IMG/VR virus record: IMGVR_UViG_2630968639_000010
Source of the DNA: a virus
Lineage: Duplodnaviria > Heunggongvirae > Uroviricota > Caudoviricetes
Direction: 5' to 3' (one strand)
Length of the DNA: 18,265 nt
Shown here in pieces: positions 8,008 to 17,029 of the stretch (positions within the stretch are counted from its first letter, which is position 1; every line of letters begins with the position of its first letter). The notes beneath the pieces were generated by a model. That model did no database searches. It was not told where the DNA came from and saw only the letters and a program-made list of their open reading frames with translations. Both the position numbers and the translations under genes were made by a program.

Positions 8008-8286
8008 ATGATCGCAGATGAAAAGCAGGGACTGGTGTTAAAAATAGATACCAGCCCCCTGAGACATCAAATTGAGAAGTTATACAAACTACTTGTTCCT
8101 GCGGTTTTTAACTGTCCGGATGATTTTATTGATTGTTTTATTAAAGTGTTCACTGAAATCAGAATCTTTGATTTCCGCAAAACAATCACCGCAGATAAAA
8201 CGATCATTGTCAGAGCCAGAGTGCTCATCGATCTCAATGTGGCGAGATCGGCAATGAGGACAGCGAAATTTAATATCCATAATTAA
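8008..8286 (+). CDS. Small hypothetical protein in the rex-like position (ydaG-region ORF), 92 aa
   Basis: AAGGGGA ribosome-binding site 7 nt before the ATG, downstream of the 7913 promoter. Fully overlapped by an antisense zinc-ribbon ORF (see findings). Confidence 0.45.
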   Translation: MIADEKQGLVLKIDTSPLRHQIEKLYKLLVPAVFNCPDDFIDCFIKVFTEIRIFDFRKTITADKTIIVRARVLIDLNVARSAMRTAKFNIHN

Positions 8287-8417
8287 TATCCTTACAGCAA
8301 ATGACCATTTGTAAGGATATCACCTCACCTGATGTGGTTAAAAGCAGGTCGTAGGCTCCACGATACGGAGCAACTATGAAGCTAATTCCCCTAGCGTTAA
8401 GGGAAAATGAGGTCAAC

Positions 8418-8573
8418 ATGGATACTATCGATCTTGGCAACAACGAATCCCTGGTGTGTGGCGTGTTCCCCAACCAGGATGGAACGTTCACCTCCATGAC
8501 ATATACCAAAAGCAAAACGTTTAAAACCGAAGTTGGCGCGCGTCGCTGGTTGGAGAAGTACACAGTAAGCTAA
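8418..8573 (+). CDS. ydaF: YdaF-like small protein, 51 aa
   Basis: Translation MDTIDLGNNESLVCGVFPNQDGTFTSMTYTKSKTFKTEVGARRWLEKYTVS; GAGG ribosome-binding site. Below the ORF-track size cut-off when taken from its likely start. Confidence 0.6.
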   Translation: MDTIDLGNNESLVCGVFPNQDGTFTSMTYTKSKTFKTEVGARRWLEKYTVS

Positions 8574-9058
8574 CGATTAAAACGTCTGCTCCTACTGTTC
8601 CAGAATAACTTCATAAAGTGGGAGTATTTTTCGGTGACGAGATAATAAGAACAGTTTGCGCCATCACTCTGATGTTGAATGATGCCCTTCCGTTCTAATT
8701 TTTTCATAACCGGGTTACGGCAAGGAGAAGTGATAATAAGATTTCCTGTTTTAAGGAAATCTTTAAATACAGCGATTTCTTTCTCAGATAAACGAAGCAA
8801 TACTCGTTGCTCTGGTAGCAATGAATAATGTTTTTGAATATGTGCTCGCAATCTTGAGAAGGAAATGGCAACCACGAAAGAAAAGGCAAAAACTATAATC
8901 TGAAAGAGCCAGGTTATTTCAGTATAAGCATTAAATACGACAGCAAACTCTTTCGGTATCAGCCAGAGAGTGAGGCCAAAAATGATAATCGTGTACATAA
9001 GTCTTTCGAGTGGCTCTTTAGCAAAAAGTTTCAACAATGGAGTAAATACATCCAACAT
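8570..9058 (-). CDS. sieB: Superinfection exclusion protein B
   Basis: From Met at 9058 (MLDVFTPLLKLF...), hydrophobic membrane segments and a C-terminus matching SieB as I remember it. The track start at 9181 is an unsupported extension. Confidence 0.8.
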   Translation of the reverse strand: MLDVFTPLLKLFAKEPLERLMYTIIIFGLTLWLIPKEFAVVFNAYTEITWLFQIIVFAFSFVVAISFSRLRAHIQKHYSLLPEQRVLLRLSEKEIAVFKDFLKTGNLIITSPCRNPVMKKLERKGIIQHQSDGANCSYYLVTEKYSHFMKLFWNSRSRRFNR

Positions 9059-9735
9059 TTCAATAACTCTCGACTGTAAGGGTATTGAAATGTTAACACA
9101 AGCTCTCGCTGTAGGGGTATAGCCGAGACCACCGAAGCCCGGAGGTGGTGAAATAAAACCGGGCACAACACGAAGGCGCATTTCCGATATCCATAAAGAG
9201 TCGGTCTTGTCTGTTAAATATAAATGGTGGGAGTGCGCCTCCGGTTGTGAATAACGACATTGCTGTGTGTAGTCTTTGGCGGCATCGGTTTTTTCTTGAA
9301 GTTCGACTGATGCCCGCCCTTTTTAAAGTGAATTTTGTGATGCGGTGAATGCGGCTAAGCGCACGCGGAACAGTTAAAAAACTCTATATTAGTTTGGGTG
9401 GTATTTGTATCCGGTGTTAATTGTTAACTGGTTAACGTCACCTGGAGGCACCAGGCACCTCATCAACAAAGTTTATTTAATTATGCGCGAATTAACCGTT
9501 ATTCGTGTGTGGGGTTTCTACACCTGAAATCCACAGCTCTTTAATAATATGGATCGGGCTGTCACGTAAACCACAATTCGGGGTGCCGCCGAATGCCCTG
9601 ATTTATCCGCAGAACCGGATCACAGGGTCGGGATGTGATTTTTTTTGGACAAACCAAACTGGTGGCTTCCGCCGCTTGCGAGAAAACCAAATATAGACTA
9701 AATTATGACTAAGTTTAACGACAAGGCCGTACTTC

Positions 9736-9969
9736 ATGAAAATAGAAACTATCAGCTACATCAAGAAAAACGCAGCCTCACTGGACCTGGCAGAACCCAT
9801 TCTTGTCACGCAGAATGGTGTTCCTGCATACGTAATTGAATCCTATGAGCAGCAACAGGAACGCGAGAACGCTATTGCGTTACTGAAACTTCTCACTATT
9901 TCAGAAAACGACAAGTCTGAAGGTCGCGTGTTTTCAAAAGCACAGTTGCTGGATAGCTTTAACAATTAA
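9736..9969 (+). CDS. Phd/YefM-family antitoxin
   Basis: 77 aa with a Phd/YefM-like N-terminus (LVTQNGVPAYVIESYEQ); immediately upstream of a ParE/RelE-like toxin. Confidence 0.75.
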   Translation: MKIETISYIKKNAASLDLAEPILVTQNGVPAYVIESYEQQQERENAIALLKLLTISENDKSEGRVFSKAQLLDSFNN

Positions 9970-9977
9970 GGTTAACT

Positions 9978-10298
9978 ATGCAGGTTGAATACACACTTAC
10001 TGCCAGAACAAGCCTTGAGCAAATTGCCGACCATCTCCGGAGTAACGACATTGACCCACTCCCTGTAATAGAAGAAATTCTTGAACGATTTGAAACAAGA
10101 GTTACTGCATTCCCGTCCGGATGCCAGTTATGCCCGGAGTTGCTCAAACTTGGCGTGGCGAAATACAGAGAATGCAACACGCCAGAAGGTTACAGAGTGC
10201 TGTACTCTGTAGAAGGGGATGTTATCACTGCACACGCGGTTCTTTCCCAACGCCAGGATATTAAACAGTTACTGTTCAGGCGACTGATCAGAGTTTAG
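9978..10298 (+). CDS. ParE/RelE-family toxin
   Basis: 106 aa; C-terminal YRVLYSVEGDVITAHAVLSQRQD resembles the ParE/RelE fold signature. AGGT ribosome-binding site, 8 nt after the antitoxin stop. Confidence 0.75.
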   Translation: MQVEYTLTARTSLEQIADHLRSNDIDPLPVIEEILERFETRVTAFPSGCQLCPELLKLGVAKYRECNTPEGYRVLYSVEGDVITAHAVLSQRQDIKQLLFRRLIRV

Positions 10299-10614
10299 CA
10301 ATTACACGTTCAGCAACGCCCCTGTTCCCACCAGTTCAGGGGTTTTTGCTTTCTGGCGTTCGGGATATTGACAAAGCAACCTCCATTATTGCAAGATGAC
10401 AGCACTAGAACACATATGCGGTCATCCGCACCCGATAGCCTTGCGGCTTTTTTATGCCTGAAATATGGCACATCCGTACAAAGATCGGGTGGAGAGGCGT
10501 AATACAATACCCGCAAGGGAAATATGCCCGGAGCTTCATATGTGGCTCTAGTTGACACCCGATCACCAGCTACTAACTGGTGACTCGTAACTAAAACACA
10601 TATGGAGGCCAGCT

Positions 10615-11178
10615 ATGGTTGAGCCAATTTCCTGCGTCATCCCTAAAATTTCCATTCACAACAACCGCCCAGTAACGACTTCTGTCGCTATTGCTAATTT
10701 CTTTGGCAAGCAACACAAGAACGTACTTCAGAAAATCCGCGCTCTCGAATGCTCACCAACTTTCATGACGGCTAACTTTTCAGCCATCGCAATATCCACA
10801 AAGGCTGGCTTTGACGAACGCGAAACAGAAGCCTACCAAATCACCAAAAACGGCTTCGTTTTCCTGGTGATGGGCTTCACTGGCAAAAAAGCCGCTGCAT
10901 TCAAAGAGGCCTACATCGCTGAGTTCGACCGCATGGAAGCAGAGCTACGCCAGAATAATACCACTCCCACAAACAAAATCATTCCGGGCGATGGGCGCAC
11001 TCTGGTTGTTCGCTTCGACAAATTCGGCAACGTCGAATTCACTGAAACCGTTCCTGATGGCGCTCTCGTCTGTACCCTGGACACTTTCCGCCTTTATCTG
11101 GAGAAACAGGGCTGGACTCTTGTAAACCGAAGCGCAATTAAAAATATGACCGTCGAGCAGTTGCTGAGTATTAAATAG
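10615..11178 (+). CDS. Rha-family phage regulatory protein
   Basis: N-terminal VTTSVAIANFFGKQHKNVLQKIRAL resembles the Rha N-domain; GGAGG ribosome-binding site 6 nt upstream. Confidence 0.65.
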   Translation: MVEPISCVIPKISIHNNRPVTTSVAIANFFGKQHKNVLQKIRALECSPTFMTANFSAIAISTKAGFDERETEAYQITKNGFVFLVMGFTGKKAAAFKEAYIAEFDRMEAELRQNNTTPTNKIIPGDGRTLVVRFDKFGNVEFTETVPDGALVCTLDTFRLYLEKQGWTLVNRSAIKNMTVEQLLSIK

Positions 11179-11224
11179 TTTTCTGGAATTTTCTTAATAC
11201 GAGAAATTTATTAAGGAGATAATT

Positions 11225-11446
11225 ATGATTGCTCATCACTTCGGAACTGATGAAATACCACGTCAGTGTGTGACTCCTGGCGATTATGTTCTTCATGAAG
11301 GCCGGACATATATTGCCTCGGCAAATAATATTAAAAAGAGGAAACTTTATATCCGTAGCCTGACCACAAAAACATGCATTACTGACTGCATGATCAAAGT
11401 CTTCCTCGGTCGTGATGGTTTACCTGTAAAGGCGGAGTCATGGTGA
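11225..11446 (+). CDS. kilR: KilR-like cell-division inhibitor
   Basis: 73 aa beginning [14 protein letters not shown], matching KilR of Rac from memory; AAGGAG ribosome-binding site. Confidence 0.8.
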   Translation: MIAHHFGTDEIPRQCVTPGDYVLHEGRTYIASANNIKKRKLYIRSLTTKTCITDCMIKVFLGRDGLPVKAESW

Positions 11447-11616
11447 AGACTAAGAAAATAAAATGTGCTTACCACCTTTGCAATAAAGAAATTGAAGAAA
11501 GCAAAAGCATTAAAACACCACTTCATTTCATGCGTGGAGTTATCCCAACGACGGAAATGAAAAAATATTGTAGTGAAATATGTGCCGAAAAAGACCAGAT
11601 GGCACACGAACTTTAA
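11440..11616 (+). CDS. ydaE: YdaE-like small zinc-binding protein
   Basis: Not in the ORF track (under 60 aa). My translation: [58 protein letters not shown]. Overlaps the kilR stop by 7 nt. Confidence 0.65.
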   Translation: MVKTKKIKCAYHLCNKEIEESKSIKTPLHFMRGVIPTTEMKKYCSEICAEKDQMAHEL

Positions 11617-11689
11617 TTAACTGACTATTCGAAACTGAATTTATGCCAGCAATGGCAGGGATTCGCTCAACCTAATTAAGGAGAAAAAC

Positions 11690-11965
11690 ATGATTACCAA
11701 TTATGAAGCCACTGTTGTAACTACCGATGACATTGTTCACGAGGTTAATCTGGAAGGAAAGCGCATTGGCTACGTGATTAAAACAGAAAATAAAGAAACC
11801 CCATTCACTGTGGTTGATATCGACGGTCCATCAGGCAACGTAAAAACACTTGATGAAGGAGTCACAAAAATGTGCTTGGTTCACATCGGAAAGAATCTGC
11901 CCGCAGAAAAAAAAGCCGGATTTCTGGCAACTCTGATTGCAATGAAATTAAACGGTGAAATCTGA
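11690..11965 (+). CDS. racC: RacC-like protein
   Basis: 91 aa; AAGGAG ribosome-binding site; position between ydaE and recE as in Rac. Confidence 0.7.
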   Translation: MITNYEATVVTTDDIVHEVNLEGKRIGYVIKTENKETPFTVVDIDGPSGNVKTLDEGVTKMCLVHIGKNLPAEKKAGFLATLIAMKLNGEI

Positions 11966-12066
11966 AAGAAATAGCCTGCGTATGGCGCAGGCTATGAACA
12001 GTGTGTATCCGGCAAGATCATTCACTGAACAAAACGAATTTTAATCTGAGTTGAGGTTAAAAAACA

Positions 12067-15000
12067 ATGAGCACAAAACCACTCTTCCTGTTACGGAAAG
12101 CGAAAAAATCATCCGGTGAACCTGACGTCGTCCTGTGGGCAAGCGACGATTTTGAATCGACCAGTGCCACTCTGGATTACCTGCTCGTTAAGTCAGGTAA
12201 AAAACTGAGCAGCTATTTTAAACCTGTTGCCACGAATTTTCCTGTCGTTAATGACCTTCCCCCTGAAGGTGAGATCGATTTTACCTGGAGTGAACGCTAT
12301 CAACTCAGCAAAGACTCCATGACCTGGGAACTAAAACCGGGAGCAGCGCCAGACGACGTTCACCATCAGGATATTGCACCGGAAATTGAAGAACCGGCGG
12401 GAGGCCAGGAAGAAAACACACAGGCAGACGCTCACGGGGATTGCCAGGATTGCGAAGTCTCTGTATCTACTTTGCGGTTCACACAGCGTCTTCTGCACAT
12501 TTTTACCTATGCGGCCGGGGATCGGAAATACCTGCATCATGCCACCCGAGAACAACGCGAACACATTACTGCTCTTGAGATGGATCAGGAAAACAGCTAT
12601 GTCCAGAATCTGCTGTTGGCCATACGCGGCATGGCAGAACCGACAACTCTGGATAATGCCGCCCTGCTCCGCCTGACTGATGCAATTAAGGCAGTTTTCT
12701 CTATCACGAAAAAACATCAGCCCTATGAATTTAAGAATTTCATTTCAGCCTGGCTGGATACCGAACACATTGATCGCGGTCTTCTGACAAAAGAATGGCA
12801 AAAAGGGAATCGTGTTTCACGCATCACTCGCACGGCTTCCGGTGCTAATGCTGGCGGCGGGAACCTCACCGATCGCGGCGAAGGTTTCGTCCACGATCTG
12901 ACGTCGCTGGCGCGCGATGTAGCCACTGGCGTACTGGCCCGTTCAATGGACGTGGACATCTATAACCTTCATCCGGCACACGCGAAACGCATTGAGGAAA
13001 TTATCGCTCAAAATAAACCGCCCTTTTCTGTTTTCCGCGACAAATTCATCACCATGCCTGGCGGGCTGGATTATTCACGCGCCATCGTGGTTGCGTCCGT
13101 GAAAGAAGCACCAATTGGTATCGAGGTCATCCCCGCGCACGTCACTGAATATCTGAACAAAGTACTGACTGAAACCGATCATGCCAACCCTGATCCGGAA
13201 ATCGTGGATATTGCCTGCGGTCGCTCCTCTGCCCCGATGCCGCAGCGTGTAACAGAAGAAGGAAAACAGGATGATGAAGAAAAACTACAACCATCTGGAA
13301 CAATGGCAGATGAACAGGCAACGGCTGAAACCATAGAACCGGACGCAACTGAACATCATCAGGACACGCAGCCGCTGGATGCTCAGTCACAGGTAAACCC
13401 TGTTGATGCGGAATACCAGAAAAAGCGGGCAGAACTCCATGAAGCCAGGAAAAACATTCCGCCCAAAAATCCTGTCGATGCAGACAAATTGCTGGCGGCC
13501 TCGCGTGGTGAGTTCGTTGAAGGGATTAGCGACCCGAACGATCCGAAATGGGTTAAGGGGATCCAGACTCGCGATTCTGTGTACCAGAACCAGCCAGAAA
13601 CGGAACAAAACACGCCAGAAACTGAAAAAACTAGCCCGGATGTGAAACAACCTGAGCCAGTAGTGCAACATGAACCGGAAAAAGTCTGCAATGCCTGCGG
13701 TCAGACTGGCGGGGATAGCTGCCCTGACTGTGCTGTGGTAATAGGCGACGCCACGTATCAGGAAACCTTTAATGAAGAAAATCTGGATGAATCTCAGGAA
13801 AAAGATCCGGAGGAAATGGAAGGCGCTGAACATCTGCACAAGGAGAACGCTGGCAGCGATCCGCATCACAATTGCAGTGATGAAACTGGTGAAGCGTCAG
13901 CTCCTGTAGCAATTGAAATCATGTGGCCATCATATTTCGAACCAGGCCGCTATGAAAACCTCCCGAACGAGGTTTATCACTCTGCCAATGGAATAAGCAG
14001 CACAATGCTGAAGGATGCTCGTATCAGCCTGATGTATTACCACGGACGGCACATTGCCGGAACTATTCCGAGTGAGGAAAGTGATGCATTGCTGCGTGGG
14101 CGGATCATTCACAGCTATGTTCTGGAAACGGATAAATTCGCTGATGAATATGCTATTCCGGTACCGGTTCCTGAACATGTGGTTACCACTTCTCACGAAC
14201 TGATCGCCATTATCAAAAAACACAATGCCAGTCTGCCAGCACTGATGACACCAGAGCAGATGAAAGAGTGGATCGAAAGCTACAACAGCACTCTTATCCA
14301 GCCACTGTCGGTAAGTGCTGGAGCCGAAGAAACAGGCATCCTTTACGGTTCGCTTCCGGTGGAATTCCAGCGTATTCCGGAGGAGGAGAAACATACTGCA
14401 TCGGCAATGAAAGCCTGCATTAGAGAATACAATGCAAGCCTCCCTCCTCTATTGAAAACCAGTGGAACACGGGAGCAACTTCTGGAGCAAATTGAAACTA
14501 TAGATCCAGAACTGGCGAAAAAAGAACGTGCTAAATCTTTGCCTTACAACATCAGTGGCACGAAAGAGCAATTAACCGAAATCGCCCGGAAAATTCGCCC
14601 GGAACTGGTTACCCTGGAGGACTGGCAAAAACGCCAGCAAGAAGAAAACGCCGGGAAAACGTTTATCAGTTCAGATATGTATGAACAGGCAAAAAATATT
14701 CACGCTGCACTGCAAAACAATACTGATGCAGCAAGGCTACTCAACCACCCGGATCGCAAATCTGAAATCAGCTATTTCGGGTTTGATGAAGAAACCGGGC
14801 TGGAAATCAGGGTCCGTCCTGATATCGAAATCCGACTGCCATACGAAAGCATTTGCGCCGACGTGAAGTCAGTCAGCCTCGGTTATGTGCGACAGGAACG
14901 ACTGAAAGATCGCCTGCACCGTGAAATTATTGAGCGTGATTATCACCTCAGCGCAGCAATGTATTGCGATGTGGCAAACCTGGACAAATTTTTCTGGATC

Positions 15001-15210
15001 TTCGTCAACAAAGATGCTGGCTATCACTGGGTGGCAGTCGTGGAAGCCTCGCAGGAACTCCTGGAACTTGGTCGACAGGAATATCGCCGGACGCTACGAC
15101 AGATAAACGAAGCCCTGGAGACAAACAACTGGCCAGCACCGATTACCGAAAGTTATACCGACGAATTAAACGACTTTGATCTTCGTCGTCTTGAAGCACT
15201 GAGCATCTGA
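12067..15210 (+). CDS. recE: RecE-like exonuclease VIII (PD-(D/E)xK 5'-3' dsDNA exonuclease) with an extra internal segment
   Basis: N-terminus [26 protein letters not shown] and a C-terminal core (RVRPDIEIR ... CADVKSV ... YHLSAAMY ... NNWPAP) match RecE from memory. 1047 aa, longer than the K-12 protein as I remember it. Confidence 0.8.
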   Translation: MSTKPLFLLRKAKKSSGEPDVVLWASDDFESTSATLDYLLVKSGKKLSSYFKPVATNFPVVNDLPPEGEIDFTWSERYQLSKDSMTWELKPGAAPDDVHHQDIAPEIEEPAGGQEENTQADAHGDCQDCEVSVSTLRFTQRLLHIFTYAAGDRKYLHHATREQREHITALEMDQENSYVQNLLLAIRGMAEPTTLDNAALLRLTDAIKAVFSITKKHQPYEFKNFISAWLDTEHIDRGLLTKEWQKGNRVSRITRTASGANAGGGNLTDRGEGFVHDLTSLARDVATGVLARSMDVDIYNLHPAHAKRIEEIIAQNKPPFSVFRDKFITMPGGLDYSRAIVVASVKEAPIGIEVIPAHVTEYLNKVLTETDHANPDPEIVDIACGRSSAPMPQRVTEEGKQDDEEKLQPSGTMADEQATAETIEPDATEHHQDTQPLDAQSQVNPVDAEYQKKRAELHEARKNIPPKNPVDADKLLAASRGEFVEGISDPNDPKWVKGIQTRDSVYQNQPETEQNTPETEKTSPDVKQPEPVVQHEPEKVCNACGQTGGDSCPDCAVVIGDATYQETFNEENLDESQEKDPEEMEGAEHLHKENAGSDPHHNCSDETGEASAPVAIEIMWPSYFEPGRYENLPNEVYHSANGISSTMLKDARISLMYYHGRHIAGTIPSEESDALLRGRIIHSYVLETDKFADEYAIPVPVPEHVVTTSHELIAIIKKHNASLPALMTPEQMKEWIESYNSTLIQPLSVSAGAEETGILYGSLPVEFQRIPEEEKHTASAMKACIREYNASLPPLLKTSGTREQLLEQIETIDPELAKKERAKSLPYNISGTKEQLTEIARKIRPELVTLEDWQKRQQEENAGKTFISSDMYEQAKNIHAALQNNTDAARLLNHPDRKSEISYFGFDEETGLEIRVRPDIEIRLPYESICADVKSVSLGYVRQERLKDRLHREIIERDYHLSAAMYCDVANLDKFFWIFVNKDAGYHWVAVVEASQELLELGRQEYRRTLRQINEALETNNWPAPITESYTDELNDFDLRRLEALSI

Positions 15211-15221
15211 GGAAGGACACA

Positions 15222-16274
15222 ATGAACGAATTAACTCAACAAGAAAATATTAACTCTAACGTTGCGGTTTTCAGCCCTCAGTCCCTGGCTGCAATTCAGA
15301 CATTTTCTCAGGTAATGGCTTCCGGCATGGCTACAGTACCGGAACACCTCCGGGGAAACCCATCAGACTGTATGGCCATCACCATGCAGGCGATGCAGTG
15401 GCAAATGAACCCTTACGCAGTAGCTCAGAAAACTTTCGTTGTGAATGGTGTGCTAGGGTATGAAGCGCAACTGGTTAACGCCGTAATCAGCACCCGTGGG
15501 CCGCTAACTGGGCGTATTGAATATGACTGGTTCGGACCGTGGGAAAAAATCATCGGAAAGTTTGAAATCAGGAAGAACGACAAAGGAAAGGAATATCGCG
15601 TCCCGGGATGGAAACTGGCTGATGAAAACGGGATCGGTGTTCGTGTCCAGGCAACACTACGCGGCGAAAGTAAACCGCGCGTACTGGAATTACTTCTGGC
15701 GCAGGCCAGAACACGTAACTCAACGCTATGGGCCGACGATCCTCGCCAGCAGCTTGCCTATCTGGCGCTGAAACGCTGGGCGCGCCTTTATTGCCCCGAA
15801 GTGATTCTTGGAGTGTACACCAGGGACGAACTGGACGAGCCACAGGAAAAAATCATTAACCCGGTTCAGGAACATAAAAACACATCCGCTTGCCGCGCGG
15901 AACGTGAAACAACAATTATTGAGCAGGATGCCGGGGAAAACTGGATCGATGCTTTCCGTGAACGTATTGAGCAGGCACAAAGCACCGGGGAAACAACAGC
16001 ACTTCGCCAGGAAGTGGAAGAGCATAAAAATACACTTGGCGCTCTCTATACGGAACTTAAAGGAAAAGTGGTTCAGCGTCATCACCGTCTCAATGCTATT
16101 GCCCGTATTGAGAAGATGATAAATGACCTTCCTTCTTCAGGTGATCCAGAAGCAGAACAAAAATTTACTGCTCTGGAAAATACGCTGAATGCTGCTCGGC
16201 CACATCTGGGTGAATTATATGAGGCGTATAAAACGACACTGACAGATATGAAACCAGAATATATCGGCTCCTGA
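15222..16274 (+). CDS. Putative single-strand annealing protein partnering the exonuclease (RecT/Red-beta-like position)
   Basis: Directly downstream of recE with GAGGAAGG ribosome-binding site. The sequence does not match K-12 RecT as I recall it, so family assignment is open. Confidence 0.55.
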   Translation: MNELTQQENINSNVAVFSPQSLAAIQTFSQVMASGMATVPEHLRGNPSDCMAITMQAMQWQMNPYAVAQKTFVVNGVLGYEAQLVNAVISTRGPLTGRIEYDWFGPWEKIIGKFEIRKNDKGKEYRVPGWKLADENGIGVRVQATLRGESKPRVLELLLAQARTRNSTLWADDPRQQLAYLALKRWARLYCPEVILGVYTRDELDEPQEKIINPVQEHKNTSACRAERETTIIEQDAGENWIDAFRERIEQAQSTGETTALRQEVEEHKNTLGALYTELKGKVVQRHHRLNAIARIEKMINDLPSSGDPEAEQKFTALENTLNAARPHLGELYEAYKTTLTDMKPEYIGS

Positions 16275-16337
16275 TATTTACTTTGGCGGTGTAGTCCCAC
16301 CGCCATCAAAAAAATTTATTTTATGAGAGAAAAGACA

Positions 16338-16532
16338 ATGCGGTATGAAAAAGTCAAACCATACCCTTTTTGTGGTTGTCCATCAGTAACGGTGAAAGCC
16401 ATTTCAGGATATTACCGCGCGAAGTGTAACGGATGCGAATCCCGAACCGGCTATGGTGGAAGTGAAAAAGAAGCACTCGAAAGATGGAATAAACGAACTA
16501 CTGGAAATAATAATGGAGGTGTTCATGTATAA
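16338..16532 (+). CDS. ralR: Lar/RalR restriction-alleviation protein
   Basis: MRYEKVKPYPFCGCPSVTVKAISGYYRAKCNGCESRTGYGGSEKEALERWNKR matches the Lar family from memory. Confidence 0.8.
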   Translation: MRYEKVKPYPFCGCPSVTVKAISGYYRAKCNGCESRTGYGGSEKEALERWNKRTTGNNNGGVHV

Positions 16533-16713
16533 AATTACCGCCACTATTGAAAAGGAAGGAGGTTCTCCTACCAGCTGGACAAGGTACTCAACAACAAAGT
16601 TAACCAAATCGGAATGCGAAAAAATGCTCTCAGGGAAAAAAGAAGCTGGTGTTTCCAGAGAGCAGAAAGTAAAACTTATAAATTTTAATTGCGAGAAACT
16701 TCAATCTTCGTGA
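16525..16713 (+). CDS. ydaC: YdaC-like small protein
   Basis: ATG at 16525 preceded by GGAGG and overlapping the lar stop; begins MYKITATIEKEGG. Confidence 0.65.
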   Translation: MYKITATIEKEGGSPTSWTRYSTTKLTKSECEKMLSGKKEAGVSREQKVKLINFNCEKLQSS

Positions 16714-16812
16714 ATTGCATTGTATTCAAATTAAAACTTCATAGCTGATTATTAATAATCAACATCGGGCGTCAATTTCAGTCTAACATTGGCGCCTGCC
16801 AGAGGTGATGCG

Positions 16813-17028
16813 ATGGCACAAGTAATCTTTAATGAAGAGTGGATGGTTGAATACGGCCTGATGCTTCGCACTGGTCTGGGAGCCAGACAAATTGAAGCAT
16901 ACCGCCAGAACTGTTGGGTAGAAGGCTTCCACTTCAAACGAGTATCTCCTTTAGGGAAGCCAGACAGTAAGCGAGGGATTATCTGGTACAACTATCCAAA
17001 GATAAATCAGTTTATCAAAGACTCATGA
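16813..17028 (+). CDS. xis: Excisionase
   Basis: 71 aa beginning [41 protein letters not shown]; immediately upstream of the integrase, 1 nt gap. Confidence 0.85.
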   Translation: MAQVIFNEEWMVEYGLMLRTGLGARQIEAYRQNCWVEGFHFKRVSPLGKPDSKRGIIWYNYPKINQFIKDS

Positions 17029-17029
17029 T

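Noticed and set aside
9505-9696. 63-aa plus-strand ORF in the sieB-phd intergenic region
   Set aside because: No ribosome-binding site and an implausible peptide; more likely regulatory DNA.
10310-10558. 82-aa minus-strand ORF between the ParE-like gene and rha
   Set aside because: Opposite to the flanking operon direction, no ribosome-binding site, and it spans the probable rha promoter region.
11347-11607. 86-aa minus-strand ORF
   Set aside because: Antisense to kilR and ydaE, which both have recognisable products.
12331-14394. Several minus-strand and plus-strand ORFs of 78-160 aa inside recE (for example 13387-13869 and 13930-14394)
   Set aside because: All lie within the continuous 1047-codon RecE reading frame and have skewed compositions; artefacts of a long open antisense frame.
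15517-16119. Overlapping ORFs inside the annealase gene (15517-15771, 15568-15843, 15726-16085, 15808-16119)
   Set aside because: Embedded in the 350-aa annealase ORF, which has a strong ribosome-binding site and operon context.
16284-16305. GC-rich hairpin (TGGCGGTG / CACCGCCA) after the annealase stop as an intrinsic terminator
   Set aside because: Followed by an A-run and then a T-rich stretch, with no U-tract directly after the stem on either strand; recorded as a possible structure only.
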